Source: the human T2T-CHM13v2.0 reference genome, Homo sapiens. Taken from it: a DNA stretch of 64,000 nucleotides. Numbering within the stretch: the stretch's first letter is position 1; every line of letters begins with the position of its first letter. This document shows, in pieces, positions 1 to 29,348 of this stretch. The stretch is taken from the NCBI RefSeq assembly GCF_009914755.1, contig NC_060926.1. One strand, given 5' to 3'. Below the pieces are notes generated by a model, which saw only the letters and a program-made list of their open reading frames with translations, ran no database searches and was not told where the DNA came from. Position numbers and translations under genes: made by a program.

Positions 1-1281
<1,281 letters not shown>

Positions 1282-2152
1282 TAAATATTTTTTACTGAAT
1301 TAATCAGCAAGTAATCTCCTCTATTTACTGTGACTCTGAGTTATGTTCAAGAGCAAGCAGTTCTTGACTTCCTTTTCTTTGTAATGATTTAGTGCTTGAA
1401 ATTACTTCTACCTTTCAGCATTTTAAAATTGGTTATTATTTTCTCATTTTCATCCCCACACTCACATCGAACATGATCTCCACTATTTAAAAGTGTAAGA
1501 TTTTTGTTTCAGCCTGGGATTTATCCTGTTGCAAACTGCTAGCTACTATTTTCAACCTCTGTCAGCTAAATGCCAGAATGTCACTAATCAAAGGTGGTAC
1601 TTAGGGGTGAAGTGAACAGTTAAGCCTCCAATTTACAAGCTTGTTTTTCCCTGGGATACTTGTGTGAAAGTCGTATGTTCCTGGGTGTGACCCTTTCGAG
1701 ACAAAATCTCAACTGGTGAGTTAATTATGTATAACTATAATTAAATCAAAGATGTAGGATAACGGAGGCGTTGAAATAGTTTTTGCTAGGCAAGGGTGTG
1801 ACCTTTTTAAAAAATGTATGATATATGCTGCCATTCGAGAGGCAAGGAAAACATATCTCCAAATTTCCTTCCAAGCGGTCTACCGGCATTGACAGTACCG
1901 CGGACAAAGGAGAGTACCAAATAAATACTCCTTCGAACCAACGGTATACTGAGAGCCCTGAGCTTGTGGGCGGGGCCCCGGAGCCTCCCGGGACCTAAAG
2001 GCAGAGGGGGCGTGGCTGAGGGTGGTCCAGACCTCCAGGGGCGGGGCTGAGACCTGCGAGAGGCAGGCTGGGAAGCGGCGCCATATTGGCGTCGGCCGCG
2101 CTGTATTGTCATAAATAGAGCCGGTTTTGTGGTGTTTTCACTACTCGGTTGG

Positions 2153-2167
2153 ATGCCTCAGCCATAG
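2153..2167 (+). other. Short upstream ORF (ATG CCT CAG CCA TAG = MPQP*) in the probable 5'UTR
   Basis: Read directly, 143 nt upstream of the main ATG. Relevant only if the TSS lies upstream of 2153. Confidence 0.6.
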
Positions 2168-2295
2168 TAAGTGGGAAAGTGAGCGAGCAAGCGAGCTACT
2201 AGCGACCGGAGGAAAGTGAACAGGGGGAGAAGGGAACAGCAAGAACAGGACTCCAGAGCGATAAACACTCGCTGGAGAGGGAGACGCAGGAAGCG

Positions 2296-2312
2296 ATGAA
2301 AGAGATGTCTGC
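2296..2312 (+). CDS. PAPOLG: Poly(A) polymerase gamma, coding exon 1 (MKEMSA)
   Basis: ATG AAA GAG ATG TCT GC|gtaagt; phase 2, joins exon 2 in frame. Confidence 0.93.
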
Positions 2313-4234
2313 GTAAGTGGTGGGGGGCGGCGGTTGGGGTGAGGCGGGTAGGGGTGAGCTGAGGTGGTCCGACTGTGTCCTTGTTTCCGTTCCCTGTCCC
2401 TTGCGCCCTGCACGCAGCTCGCCGGGATGGTCTCCTTCCCGGCTCCCGGCCGGTCCGCAAGGGCACCTCCCCTAAACCCGGCGGCTCACCTGGCCACCCC
2501 TGCACGGACTCGGGGACTCCGGGAGTCCCCAGCTGTCCCGCCTCCGAGGACGCCCTCAGAAAAGGATGAGGAGGGAAAGAGGTGCCTGTGTCCGTAGGGA
2601 GAAATTGTCGGTCACTCGCCTGCCCCCAGCACTGTCTGAGCCCGTCTGCTTCTGTCTGCATTGGCGCAAATACCATCCCCCTGCCTCCCCCTCCTCCCTT
2701 CCCGACCGGCTGTCTCCAGGTCTTCAGGAGTGAAAGACCTATCGCAGCCCAAGGGTTTCTCTTTCATATGAGGCTACAGTCTTTTCACCGCCGTCCCCAC
2801 CCTCTCCCTCACCCCCTGCTTCCCCACCTACCCACAACATCTACCGGTCTGTACCTCTTGTTCACACTTTGATAAGTCAGAAACAGTTCCCGTACTTGGC
2901 AAGATTTTGTTGTAGCTTCTTCCATTTTGGTCTATTAGGAAATAATTTAAACATGCAGAAAAATGTAGAGAATAACATAAGCATCATTTGTGGAGCCACC
3001 ACCCATTTCTCCCAAAACGTAACTGTACACACATACACGTACATGCACACACGCACACACACGGTGTGTATATACGTATCTGTGTATTTATTTTAAAAAG
3101 AAATCAAGCATTCCAGATACATCTGAAGGACTCTCCTACCTCCTTCTCTGGTCCCAATCATCTCTTGCTCCAGATGTCTCCACAGTCTTGAATTTGATGT
3201 TTATCGTTGCTGCCTGTTTTTTATTTTACTTCTTTTTTTTCCGCCCTCGAATCATGGGAGCTGCATGTTTTTTAATGCTATTACTACATACACATGTGTT
3301 CATAATAACTGGCATAGTTCTAGTTGTTTTTAAACTTTATATAACTCGTATCACACTTGGAATTCTGTAACTTCTTTAGCACAACATAGTATCTCTGAGC
3401 TTTGTTCATGTTAGTATTTTAGTTGTAATTAATTAATATTAATTATTGTATTGTATTCTATTGTAGGAAAACACCCTAATTTAATTCTTTTCCTGTTAGT
3501 GACTATTTTATTTCTAAGTTTTTAATGTTACAATGTGACAGTGAACGTTCTTTTAGGTGTCTCTTTGTACGCTTGTAACTAGAATTTCTCTAGGTTGTTT
3601 GCCTGTAAGTGAAATTGATGGTTTGAAGGGAATGTGGGATTCTGTTGTTTACTTTCCCCTCCCCTCTAGATGGGGGAAGTTCAGAACCTGGATTTGGAAT
3701 TTTAGGGCCAGTAGGCTAGTTGGCCAACTTTGTCAGCATACAGGTAAAAAAGTGAGGCCCGTCATCATGGTGTCAGAGCTGAAGTAGTTAGAGAGGAGAG
3801 AATGGAGTAGTGGAAAGAGGTTTTGGAGTTCAGATTCTGGCTTGTCCTCTCTTTGACTTTCAGGTACTTATCTGTAAAATGGCACTTATTCAATACCCCT
3901 TAGGATTATTGCGATTGAGTGATACTATATAGATATGTAGATAATTACTCTGTCCTATTCACTTACCGTATATATTTACATATGTATTACACAAACAATA
4001 CCAAAACACTGCTCTAGCTTTCTCAGAGGTAAAAAGCCAAATCTTTAAAAAGAAATTACCACTTGAAATAACTAATTGAAGTTTTGTTTGTTCTACAACA
4101 AAATAAATACAGAAGATAAATTAACCAGTATTTTGGTTTCTGGGGTTTTTTTTTTTTTTTTTTTTGAGTCATTTTGGAAGGTATACAGGCTATTTTATCT
4201 TCCATTTGATTCTTTCTCCCTCTCTGCCTAATGA

Positions 4235-5227
<993 letters not shown>

Positions 5228-5912
5228 TCAAGACCGTAGTTTCTTGATGGCTAACATGTTTGGAGGGTGGCTCATGTATCTTCCAAAAGATTGCCAGTAG
5301 TATAAAGAATTTTATTTCAATGTGAAGATGGTATGGGTACCAGTCTAAAATGAAGAGAATAATTAACTAGAATCACAAAGTACTAGGACTGTAAACTCTG
5401 ATTCAAGCAGAGGATGTTAACCTCGGTTTCCCAAGGACAAATCTAATTGTGATTTCTTTTTAAAAGCCAGATTATTTCACAAGGACCTTCTAATGGGATG
5501 TTTTCATTTCTTTCCTGGGGAAAAAAACGCATTGTTTTTACTAAAAGCTTTATTTCAAGTGGTTGACTGCTTTTCAAAGATTCTAGAATCTGGATGGCAC
5601 TTGACTTAAGTCTGCAGGGTAGTGGAGGTGGCCCTGGCACAGATCCCAATCAAACTCTGGGTTTGAGCTGAGTGGTGTTGGTACAATTGTCTTGATGCCA
5701 ACACATGCTGCGCTTGGCTTGAAAAAACATCCTAACCATGAAAGCTGCAGGCAGTATGAATAGCCCCTTCATAAACATAAACATAAAATACCCATTTTTC
5801 CTTTACAAGAAAGTGTCTGCCACTACTGTTATTACTAAGTAAACTTTTAAGGTAGCTAAATTAACATGAGTAGATTGAGAGATTCAGTGTATCAGTATGG
5901 TATATACTTTAA

Positions 5913-7035
<1,123 letters not shown>

Positions 7036-7554
7036 CCCTACTTTTCTCTTCTAAATGTGGATTCATTTACACCATTGGTTATAAGTTGTTTTAATAATAC
7101 CAAACTACTTTAATACTATTAGACAGAAATTAGCCAGTAATTAGTTCCCCCATTTTAATTAGTCAAAGACCTATTACTAGCAATGAGAGAATTCTAGCTT
7201 CTATTACCACATTGTATTGAATTAATTCCATAGTAAAGCCAAGAAAGTTGACAGTTCACTAAGCCTTTACAGCCTCATTGAAGGCAATTTTATGATTTTT
7301 ATTAGGCTTTTTGAATTTTTGAAAATAGCTCAAAAACTAAAATACTGTAATCAGATTTATCACCTCTTTGGCACTGTTAAGGATCTAAAAATGCCAAAGA
7401 GATGGCCCTGTGTCAGTAGATGTGATAGCATTATCACATATATGTTATGGTTTTACCCCAGCATCAACACAAAGGGTACTGCCTATATGGGTTTTTAAAA
7501 ATACTGTTTGTTCATTTGTTTGTTTGTTTTAATCTGAAGCATTTTTTTTTATAG

Positions 7555-7621
7555 GCTGGTGGTTCTTGGTAAATTGAACAATTTAGTAAAAGAATGGATT
7601 TCTGATGTCAGCGAGAGTAAG
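7555..7621 (+). CDS. PAPOLG: PAPOLG exon 3 (LVVLGKLNNLVKEWISDVSESK)
   Basis: tag|G ... AAG|gtaaga; in frame. Confidence 0.96.
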
Positions 7622-8209
7622 GTAAGACTCTAAACTATGTGGAATTCTTGTTTTTATTATATCTTGGCCATTCATCCTGGCAATAAGATGCAGGTGTTGA
7701 GAAGTATCTGAAATACATCAAAGCTTGGCTCTCTGGTATATGTAGGAATGAATTGGTCTAGACAGTTGAATTTCTAAGTAGATGAGGATTACCCAGAAGT
7801 AGCCAATATATAGCTGTGAGTCCACATAATTGTCTTATTTGACTCATATGTAGTAGGCCAAAATTTAAATATCAGATTTTACTTAAAAATCACATTTCAG
7901 CTGTTTTTATAAAGTATTAGATCTGGCAATGCTGGGCCTGCCTTTGTGCACAGCAGGAAGAGGCTTGAAGGGGATTGGGCTCCTGTCTTCCATTGCCTCA
8001 TGGCCCCCACCACTCCCTGTTTTCTTTGCAAGGTGATTAATTGAGCAGTTACTATGTTTCTCATGTGGGATTCCCTTATTTGCCTACCTGCTTGGTTCCT
8101 AAGACATAGGAATTTGCAAACTAATTTATAACTACACAACCTTTTTCCCCTCCTGTAGCTTAACTATTTTTTTCCTGAAATTGATTACAATTTCCTGCTT
8201 TGTGTAGTG

Positions 8210-14225
<6,016 letters not shown>

Positions 14226-14283
14226 TGACTTTTATGCTAAATAATTTGAATAATTGAATGTCTTCCGCTTAATTTTATTTTAG

Positions 14284-14385
<102 letters not shown>

Positions 14386-14587
14386 TAGTGCTAAGAACAT
14401 TCAATAACAAACTCTTCATAATTAGAAAATGTAGGAGAACAAAGTTCCCACTATTTCACTACTTAGAGCTAATCATTGTTAACATTTTCTTGTACTCAAC
14501 TTCCATACTTTCTTCTGTACATATGTTTGTGTGTACTTTAACAAAGAATATAACACATAATATATTCTTAATTAAGAACTACTTTAA

Positions 14588-14731
<144 letters not shown>

Positions 14732-14849
14732 TGAATTTAGATTAGTAACAAATATCTATAAAAACTAGGGCTTAAAACTATTGAAATACCTTCTTAGTTA
14801 CTATTAGGAGGTATTTAATAAGAGTAGCTTTAATAAGTGATGATTAAAT

Positions 14850-15090
14850 CATGATTAAGAACATGGGCCTTAGAGTTATACAGACTTGGGTTGGCATCTA
14901 GAATCTACTACATAATAGCTCCTAGATCTTGGTCAAGTAACCTAATCCTCTGAGCCTGTTTCCTGATCTGTAAAACAGAGATGTGGTAATAACTTTTTTA
15001 TAAGGTTTTTGAGTATTGATGAGATATTTACATAAACCATTTACTGTAGTAGCCAACAATGATTGATACATATCAAATGATGAGTGCTAT
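14850..15090 (+). mobile_element. MIR
   Basis: MIR core: cttggtcaagtaacctaatcctctgagcctgtttcctgatctgtaaaa. Confidence 0.7.
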
Positions 15091-15551
15091 TATGTGTAAG
15101 GTTCAGTTAGTAACTCTTTATATGTGTATATCTAGCCATTCATTCAGCAAATAAAATTTCAGCACTAGTAATTTGTTAGATGCTGGCATTAGTCTTACAG
15201 ATACAATAGTAAACAAGACATTGTTTATTGAGGAGGGGGTTATGTGAACTAAATAAACAAAACAGTGTTAATGCATTCTGAAGTGCTAGAATAAGGTGAA
15301 GGTCAAAGAATCTGTGATATTTGGGGAATCTGGGAATGTTTTTAGACAAGGAAGTTAAGAATTTGTTAGGTTGGGGAGTTAAGGAAGACTCAGAAAACCT
15401 AATGGTTTCTACTAATCTCAACTGTATTAATTAAATTTTTGATAGATTAATCATGAGCTTTCATTATTTTAAAATTTCTAACTCTAGTAGCCTTTCTAAA
15501 TAATCAGTTTTCAGTTTAGACTCGAAATTATAAGTACCCAGATGATAGCAG

Positions 15552-15930
15552 GTTTTTGTTTTTTTGTTTGTTTTTTTAATTTTACTTTAAGTTCTGGAAT
15601 ACCATGTGCAGAACGTGCAGGTTTGTTACATAGGTATACATGTGCCATGGTGGTTTGCTGCACCTATCAACCCATTATCTAGGTTTTAAGATCTGCATGC
15701 ATTAGGTATTTGTCGTAATGTTCTCCCTCCCTTGTCCCCCACCCCCCGACAGGCCCCAATGTGTGATGTTTCTCTCCCTGTGTCCATGTGTTCTCATTGT
15801 TCAACTCTTACTTATGAGTGAGAACATGCTGTGTTTGGTTTTCTGTTCCTATGTTTGCTGAGAATGATGGCTTCCAGTTTCATCCATGTCCCTGCAAAGA
15901 ACATGAACTCACTGTTTTTTATGGCTGCAG
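15552..15930 (-). mobile_element. 5'-truncated L1PA 3' end (~380 bp) with TSD
   Basis: Reverse complement of the L1 3'UTR (tactttaagttctgg...gtgcaggtttgttacatagg); TSD cagaYgatagcag at 15539-15551 and 15928-15940. Confidence 0.9.
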
Positions 15931-16090
15931 ACGATAGCAGTTTTGCTTTCCAGTTCTGAGGAATATTTTTAGAGGGATAATAAATTAGATACTGTAACAG
16001 GCATTTTGTGTATCTTACATAATACAGGTCACAAAGTAGAAATACTTACCTGGAATGTAAGACCAGAAACATTTTCACTTTGTCTATTGA

Positions 16091-16246
16091 GTTAAAATAC
16101 AAATCGGGAGTAAAGATATTCACATTATTGGTAGTTAGAAAGGATAAAGAAGGGATTACTTCTATGTGGTTAAAATACAAATCGGGAGTAAAGATATTCA
16201 CATTATTGGTAGTTAGGAAGGATAAAGAAGGGATTACACCTATGTG
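16091..16246. repeat. Tandem duplication, 2 x 78 bp
   Basis: gttaaaatacaaatcgggag...ctatgtg at 16091 and 16169 with about 3 mismatches. Confidence 0.97.
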
Positions 16247-16271
16247 TTATAATTGTTTTCCTTTTTTGTAG

Positions 16272-16325
16272 GCTGTAGAAGATGCCTTTGTACCTGTTAT
16301 AAAATTTGAATTTGATGGTATTGAA
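16272..16325 (+). CDS. PAPOLG: PAPOLG exon 6 (AVEDAFVPVIKFEFDGIE)
   Basis: tag| ... |gtaagt; AFVPVIK motif of PAP. Confidence 0.97.
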
Positions 16326-17188
16326 GTAAGTGTTTAATATTTTTCTGACTTTACAATTGAACTGTTTAAACTTGTAAGTTTGTTTTCTGAAATCAGGCTT
16401 AACATAAATGCATATTTTAAAAAATCAAGTAATCTCTTTTTTTTTTTTAAATGAAGAGATGGGGTCTAACTCTATGGCCAAGGCTGGAGTATAGTGACAC
16501 AATCATAGCTCACTGCACCTTTGAGCACCTGGGTTGAAGTGATCCTTCCACCTGAGCCTCCTGAGTGGCTAGGATTCCAGGCACACACCACCACACCTGG
16601 CTAATTTTTTGTATTTTTAGTAGAGACGGGGTTTCACCGTGTTAGCCAGGATGGTCTCAATCTCCTGACCTCGTGATCCGCCCACCTTGGCCTCCCAAAG
16701 TGCTGGGATTACAGGCATGAGCCACCGCGCCTGGCCCATATTTTTAATTTCTAAGAATACTATTTTATTCTTTAAATGTTCCTTTTTATTTTTGTCTGCA
16801 TTTATTTACAGCCTCCTGACCTTATTTCCTAGATATGACATTTTTATCTGCTTTCTTAGGTCTACTGGGTCTGTTACCACTTGTCCATCTGCTTTCCAGC
16901 TTTCATAGCTTTTGTTTGTCACTTTCTGTTCTTTGTCCTAGTGAATTTTGCCTTTAACATCAAAATAATACTAAACACAAAAATAAAATTGAATTTTCGT
17001 GGTATTTTAGTGAGGTTTCAAGAGGGAGTGAATGTAAATGTGTGTTGGATCTTCTATCTTTATCTAGAAATTTGCTCATAAGGCTTTGATTTTTTTTTCT
17101 GCTTGGCATATATGTTAACATTTAAATGCTTTCATTAATTGAAAGTTTAATTACCTTAACACAACTTTATAGTGATTTTCCCATGTGA

Positions 17189-17488
<300 letters not shown>

Positions 17489-17639
17489 TAGAGAAATATA
17501 GATATTTTTGCTGAATTGACTATTCAGTTTTGGAGATTGGACTCAGTTTAAAATGTAATTTTCCTTATACAGATAATGTGACCACATTTAAGAATCCTAA
17601 AAACCACAAATTTATTTGAAAGGCTGTGTATATTTATAT

Positions 17640-20419
<2,780 letters not shown>

Positions 20420-20825
20420 TGATCCACCCACCTCAGCCTACCAAAGGGCTGGGATTGAGAACCAATGTTTTATAGTGTCTTGTTTGACCGAATCATTATT
20501 GCACTTTGGTGTATTTCCAGATTGTAACAGTAAATTACAGTATTTGTGGAAAAGGTTTACATTGAAGTAATTACAGTGTTGTAATTGGGAGGTATTTGAT
20601 TAATAGTCAAGGAAGAAAACTAAAAAATACTCAGGCACATCTCATTTTGGATTGCATTACCCATGTCTTTTTTAATTACCCTAAAGCAAACTGATTTCTC
20701 ATAAGTGGTAAATTTCATACACATAAAATAAGCCCCAATGTTTTATTATCTTTCATATTTTTAGCATTCGAGAGTCTGGAAGTTAGGAGGGCATTTGAAT
20801 TAACTGAGAATTTGCTGCATAGTGA

Positions 20826-20951
<126 letters not shown>

Positions 20952-21462
20952 TAGTCTTTTATGTTTGCATTATAAAATTCTAATTTTCTCTTGCCAGTGA
21001 AAGAAGCATATATAGAAACTCTGAACCTAATGATATTGTTGGAGGTTAAGGGCCAATAAACTCTGTAATAGCTATTTGCTTTTCAAGTACAGTGGTTATG
21101 GTGTTTTGATAAGTAGTATACCTCTTCCTCCCTTGGGTAAAAACTTAAAGCCCTGACTTTTCATCTTAGGTTCAGTCAGGCAGTCAGAATAATTCAGAAC
21201 TTGAAGACTGATACCCTCCCTGTGGGTAACACCATCTTACGTATCTTTGTATTCACACCAGCAAAGAGTCTGGTTTATACTGTAGTAGGTGTTCATTAAG
21301 TGAAGAGTCTACAGTGATGAGTTTCACTTGTTTTTACCTTATAACACTTTTCTAATAAAGCCTGGAACTGTTACTAGTTTATATATATAGTTTATATATT
21401 TAGGTTCATAAAAATCCCTTTGCTTACCACTGAGCTGGCACAGCACATTCTGTATTATTATT

Positions 21463-23954
<2,492 letters not shown>

Positions 23955-24289
23955 TATATTTTATTTCATTTTATTTTTTTAGACAGGGGCTTGCTGTATC
24001 TCCCAGACCGGAATGCAGTGGTGCAATTATAGCTCACTGCAGCCTCAACCTTCTGGGCCCAAGCGATCCTTCCACTCTAGCCTCCCGAGTAGCTAGAACT
24101 ACAGGCATATGCCACTACACCCGGCTAATTTTATTTTATTTTATTTTATTTTATTTATTTATTTTTTAGCAGAGACGAGGTGTTGCTATGTTAGCTAGGC
24201 TGGTCTCAAACTCCTGAGCTCAACCAGTCCTCCTGCCTTGGCCTCCAAAAGTGGTGGGATTACAGGTGTGAGCCACAGTGCCTGGCTGA

Positions 24290-24460
24290 GTGTGACAGTT
24301 AAAGATTTCTTTTCGGGGTGCTGAAAACATTCTAGTATTGATCATGTTGATGATTGCACAACTCTCAGTATACTAAAAAACCATTGAATTGTGTACTTTA
24401 AATGGACGAATCTTATGGTATGTGAATTACATCTCAATAAAGCTGTTACAAGTTAAAAAA
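24290..24460 (+). mobile_element. L1M (L1MB-like) 3' end
   Basis: ttgcacaactct...ccattgaattgtgtactttaaa...gtatgtgaattacatctcaataaagctgtt. Confidence 0.7.
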
Positions 24461-25409
24461 TAGCAACACATGGCTTGTGGCTACCATATTGGACAGTGCA
24501 GGTCTAAAAAGATAGTAAGCAAGTAGAATTTGTCCTTGGGCTCAAGTGTCTTGTATACTTAAGATAAAGTAAAATTTGCACTGAAGGGATAACATGAACA
24601 ATTTGCCCTTCTTTAAAGATTAAATGCCATGTTTTGTCAGTTAGATGCATATTTTTCATATTTACCACATCTGAAATTGGTATTTTGTAGGTTTTTTTCT
24701 TTTGCTCGCTTGGCGGGACATAATATAGATAGCTATATAAAAAACGGTCATGACAACCATGGTGGTGCACCCCTGTAATCATAGCTACGCAAGAGGCTGA
24801 GGTGGAGGATCAGTTGAGCCCAGGAGTTTGAGGCTACAGTGAATTATGATTGTGCCAGTTCACTCCAGTCTGGGTGACAGAGTGAGAGCCCATCTCTTAA
24901 AAAAAGAAAAAAAAAAATAGAAATGAATGATATCAGTGGTGTATTCTACTTTATGGAGAGGTATCCAAATTCTGTGAAATACTGAAGTAAGTCTCCAGCT
25001 TTATACTTGATTTAAAAATACCCATGAATATGATTATTAATTAAATATTCATTCTTCCCCATTGTCTCTCCAAATGTCTCCTTCCTTTCATTTTTCTCTC
25101 AATCCTAAATACTGAAAAATGGGGAATTTCAATGTAGTATCAGTGGAGCCCAGTTGGGCAGTTGGAACTGAGGCAAAGAACTGAGGTGTCTGTATTAGAA
25201 GGGAAAGTAAGGAGGGTAAGATTAGCAATTTATGGTTTACTAATTAGACTGTGGGCCTAATGTGAAGGTCTGCTTATCAGTTTTAATGTTTTGTTTATAG
25301 GGGAAAATTTCCAACCAACCGTCTTATGAATAAAGTTACCTTGTTGAATGTCACGGATATTCATTCACCTTGTAAAGAGCAGAAAAAAAAAGAATGTCAC
25401 AGATAGTAG

Positions 25410-25586
<177 letters not shown>

Positions 25587-26242
25587 TAAGTATTTACGTG
25601 TGTACTTTGACTGTTTACTAATCTCTACCTATGCGTAAGTTTGTTTGGAAATTTAAGAGCTATACATAGACTTTTTCTGTTGTTTTACATTGCTTTGTAA
25701 AGTTGAAAGTATAAAACATCAACTTTGAGGCAATGGTGGGACATCTAATTGGCACCTTCTTCCAGGGATTTGTAAATGTGGGCCTTTAGCTTGGGAGAGC
25801 AGTTAAAATAAGTTTGGCTTTGCAAATTACTAGTTATGTAGAGGTCGTTTAAGCTTTCCTCATTTGTAAAATGGAGATGATAATCACATTGATATATTAG
25901 TATTTTCAGTAAATGTTGGCTGTTGCTGTTACTAAATTATCGGAATTAAATCCATGAAAGCAAATGAGAAGGAAGTGAAAGATTCAGGTGTAAATTAGTT
26001 ACAGTTAATGAAAAGTAATATTTGCCCTTTCAGAGAACACTGCATTAAAATGAGCAGCCTTTCCTTTGTATACTTTCTTACCTAGCCTTTTTTTTTTTTT
26101 TTTTAATTGAGACAGGGTCTCACTCTGTTGCCCAGGCTAGAGTGCATGCATCTCAGCTCACTGCAGCCTCTGCCTCCTGGGCTCAAGTGATCCTCTCACC
26201 TCAGCCTCCTGAGTACCTGGGACTATAAGCGTGCACCACTAG

Positions 26243-26434
<192 letters not shown>

Positions 26435-26475
26435 TAGAACAATCTAATAATTATAAGGTTTCATGTAGTACCTGA

Positions 26476-26754
<279 letters not shown>

Positions 26755-26840
26755 TGATTAGGATCACTAATGCTGATCCAAATGTTATGTCATTAAAAAT
26801 CGCCCATGTAAGATGAGTGGGTGTCTTATGGACAGTGTCA

Positions 26841-27249
<409 letters not shown>

Positions 27250-27658
27250 TCATTGTTCCAGGGTAGCATAATTCTCCCATATCTTGCATTTTAATTTGCT
27301 TTTAGAGTGAGTGCTCATTCCTCTAGGTAACCAAGGGGAAGTCATCCATTGAGTGGGTGGTGAAAAAGGATTGAGAACCATTAAACCAGATAATGCTTTT
27401 TGTAGTTATAATACTGTATTTCCTTGATTATAAGAGATCATTGTTTATAAGATGCACATCAATTTAACAGCTTTTCTGAGGAAAAATATACTTCTGCAGT
27501 ATTTCCTTTGACTTTGACTATCAGACATATCCAACTTCAGAAATAAATGCAGTTGGGGAGGGAAAATGTACTTCTTAAACTTGAGGAAATGTAGTATTAA
27601 ATTTATATTTCATATTCTTCAGACTTTTGGGGAAATGAAGTGAGAACAACTGAAATAG

Positions 27659-27958
<300 letters not shown>

Positions 27959-28186
27959 TAGTAATGAGTTTTCAAAAGTATATGATAATATTAAGGCCAA
28001 AAATGGAGCCAGCCCAGTCTGGTTGAAACTAATTTTTTGTGTTCTAAGAAACAACATTATATATATTTATATTTTGTTACTCAAGAGTTTGGTGGGCCGG
28101 GCGCGATGGCTCATGCCTATAATCCTAGCACTTTGGGAGGCCGAGGCGAGCAGATGACCTGAGGTCAGGAGTTCAAGACCAGCCTA

Positions 28187-28647
<461 letters not shown>

Positions 28648-28964
28648 TAATATATGGCAGGTGACAGCTCTTTTATTTCTTAAGCAAGAGAGAATAGATT
28701 AACAAAAATCCTAAGAGATAAGAGTGTTTCTTTATTCTGGTAGTATCTAATCCAGTATTAGTGACTTTTTAAAGTGAATTGTTTTTTACTTGTAGGACCT
28801 AGAATTAATTTTGTGAAAATCAGAGCACATTTAATTTTCATAAACTGTGTGCCTTTATTAGCTCATTTGTTCAGTGAGAGGGAGGGAAAAAAGGGGATGA
28901 TTAAAAAGCAGGCTGTAACAATTTTTCTGGCTTTTTTTCCTGATTGTTGCTGAAAATTCTTCAG

Positions 28965-29018
28965 ACATTATATAGTATTGACTGCCAGCGCATCAACAGA
29001 AGAAAACCATCTAGAGTG
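28965..29018 (+). CDS. PAPOLG: PAPOLG exon 13 (HYIVLTASASTEENHLEW)
   Basis: cag|A ... TG|gtaaga; start of the RNA-binding domain. Confidence 0.96.
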
Positions 29019-29307
29019 GTAAGACTTCTATTTCAAGTTTTCTACCTACTGTGTGGTGATAGTAACTTATTTATATGGTGCTTTACCATTTATAAAGTAC
29101 TTTCTTGCTTGATTTTCAAAATTATTATATCTCTTTTTTTTTTTTTTTTTTTTTGAGACAAAGTCTCTGTTGTCTAGGCTGGAGTGCAATGTCGCGATCT
29201 CAGTTTCGCCACGTTGGTCAGGCTGATCTCGAGCTCCTGACCTCAGGTGATCCGCCCACCTCAGCCTCCCAAAGTGCTGGGATTACAGGCCTGAGCCACT
29301 TTACCCG

Positions 29308-29348
<41 letters not shown>

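Larger units (their letters stand above)
1960..2720 (+). promoter_or_regulatory. PAPOLG: CpG-island promoter, exon 1 and 5' part of intron 1 of PAPOLG
   Basis: CpG-rich, GC-rich stretch. GC boxes at ~1968 (GGGCGGGGC), ~2007 (GGGGCGTGGC) and ~2038 (GGGGCGGGGC). YY1-type CGCCATATT at 2079-2087, overlapping ATTGG. TATA-like CATAAATAG at 2110-2118. The exact TSS cannot be determined from sequence. Confidence 0.85.

Noticed and set aside
1807-2872. Overlapping ORFs of up to 172 aa on both strands around exon 1
   Set aside because: Stop codons are depleted in a GC-rich CpG island; the products are Pro/Arg/Gly-rich with no recognisable domain.
16080-16271. 63-aa ORF with an internal 26-aa repeat
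   Set aside because: By-product of the 78-bp (multiple of 3) intronic duplication; non-ATG start.
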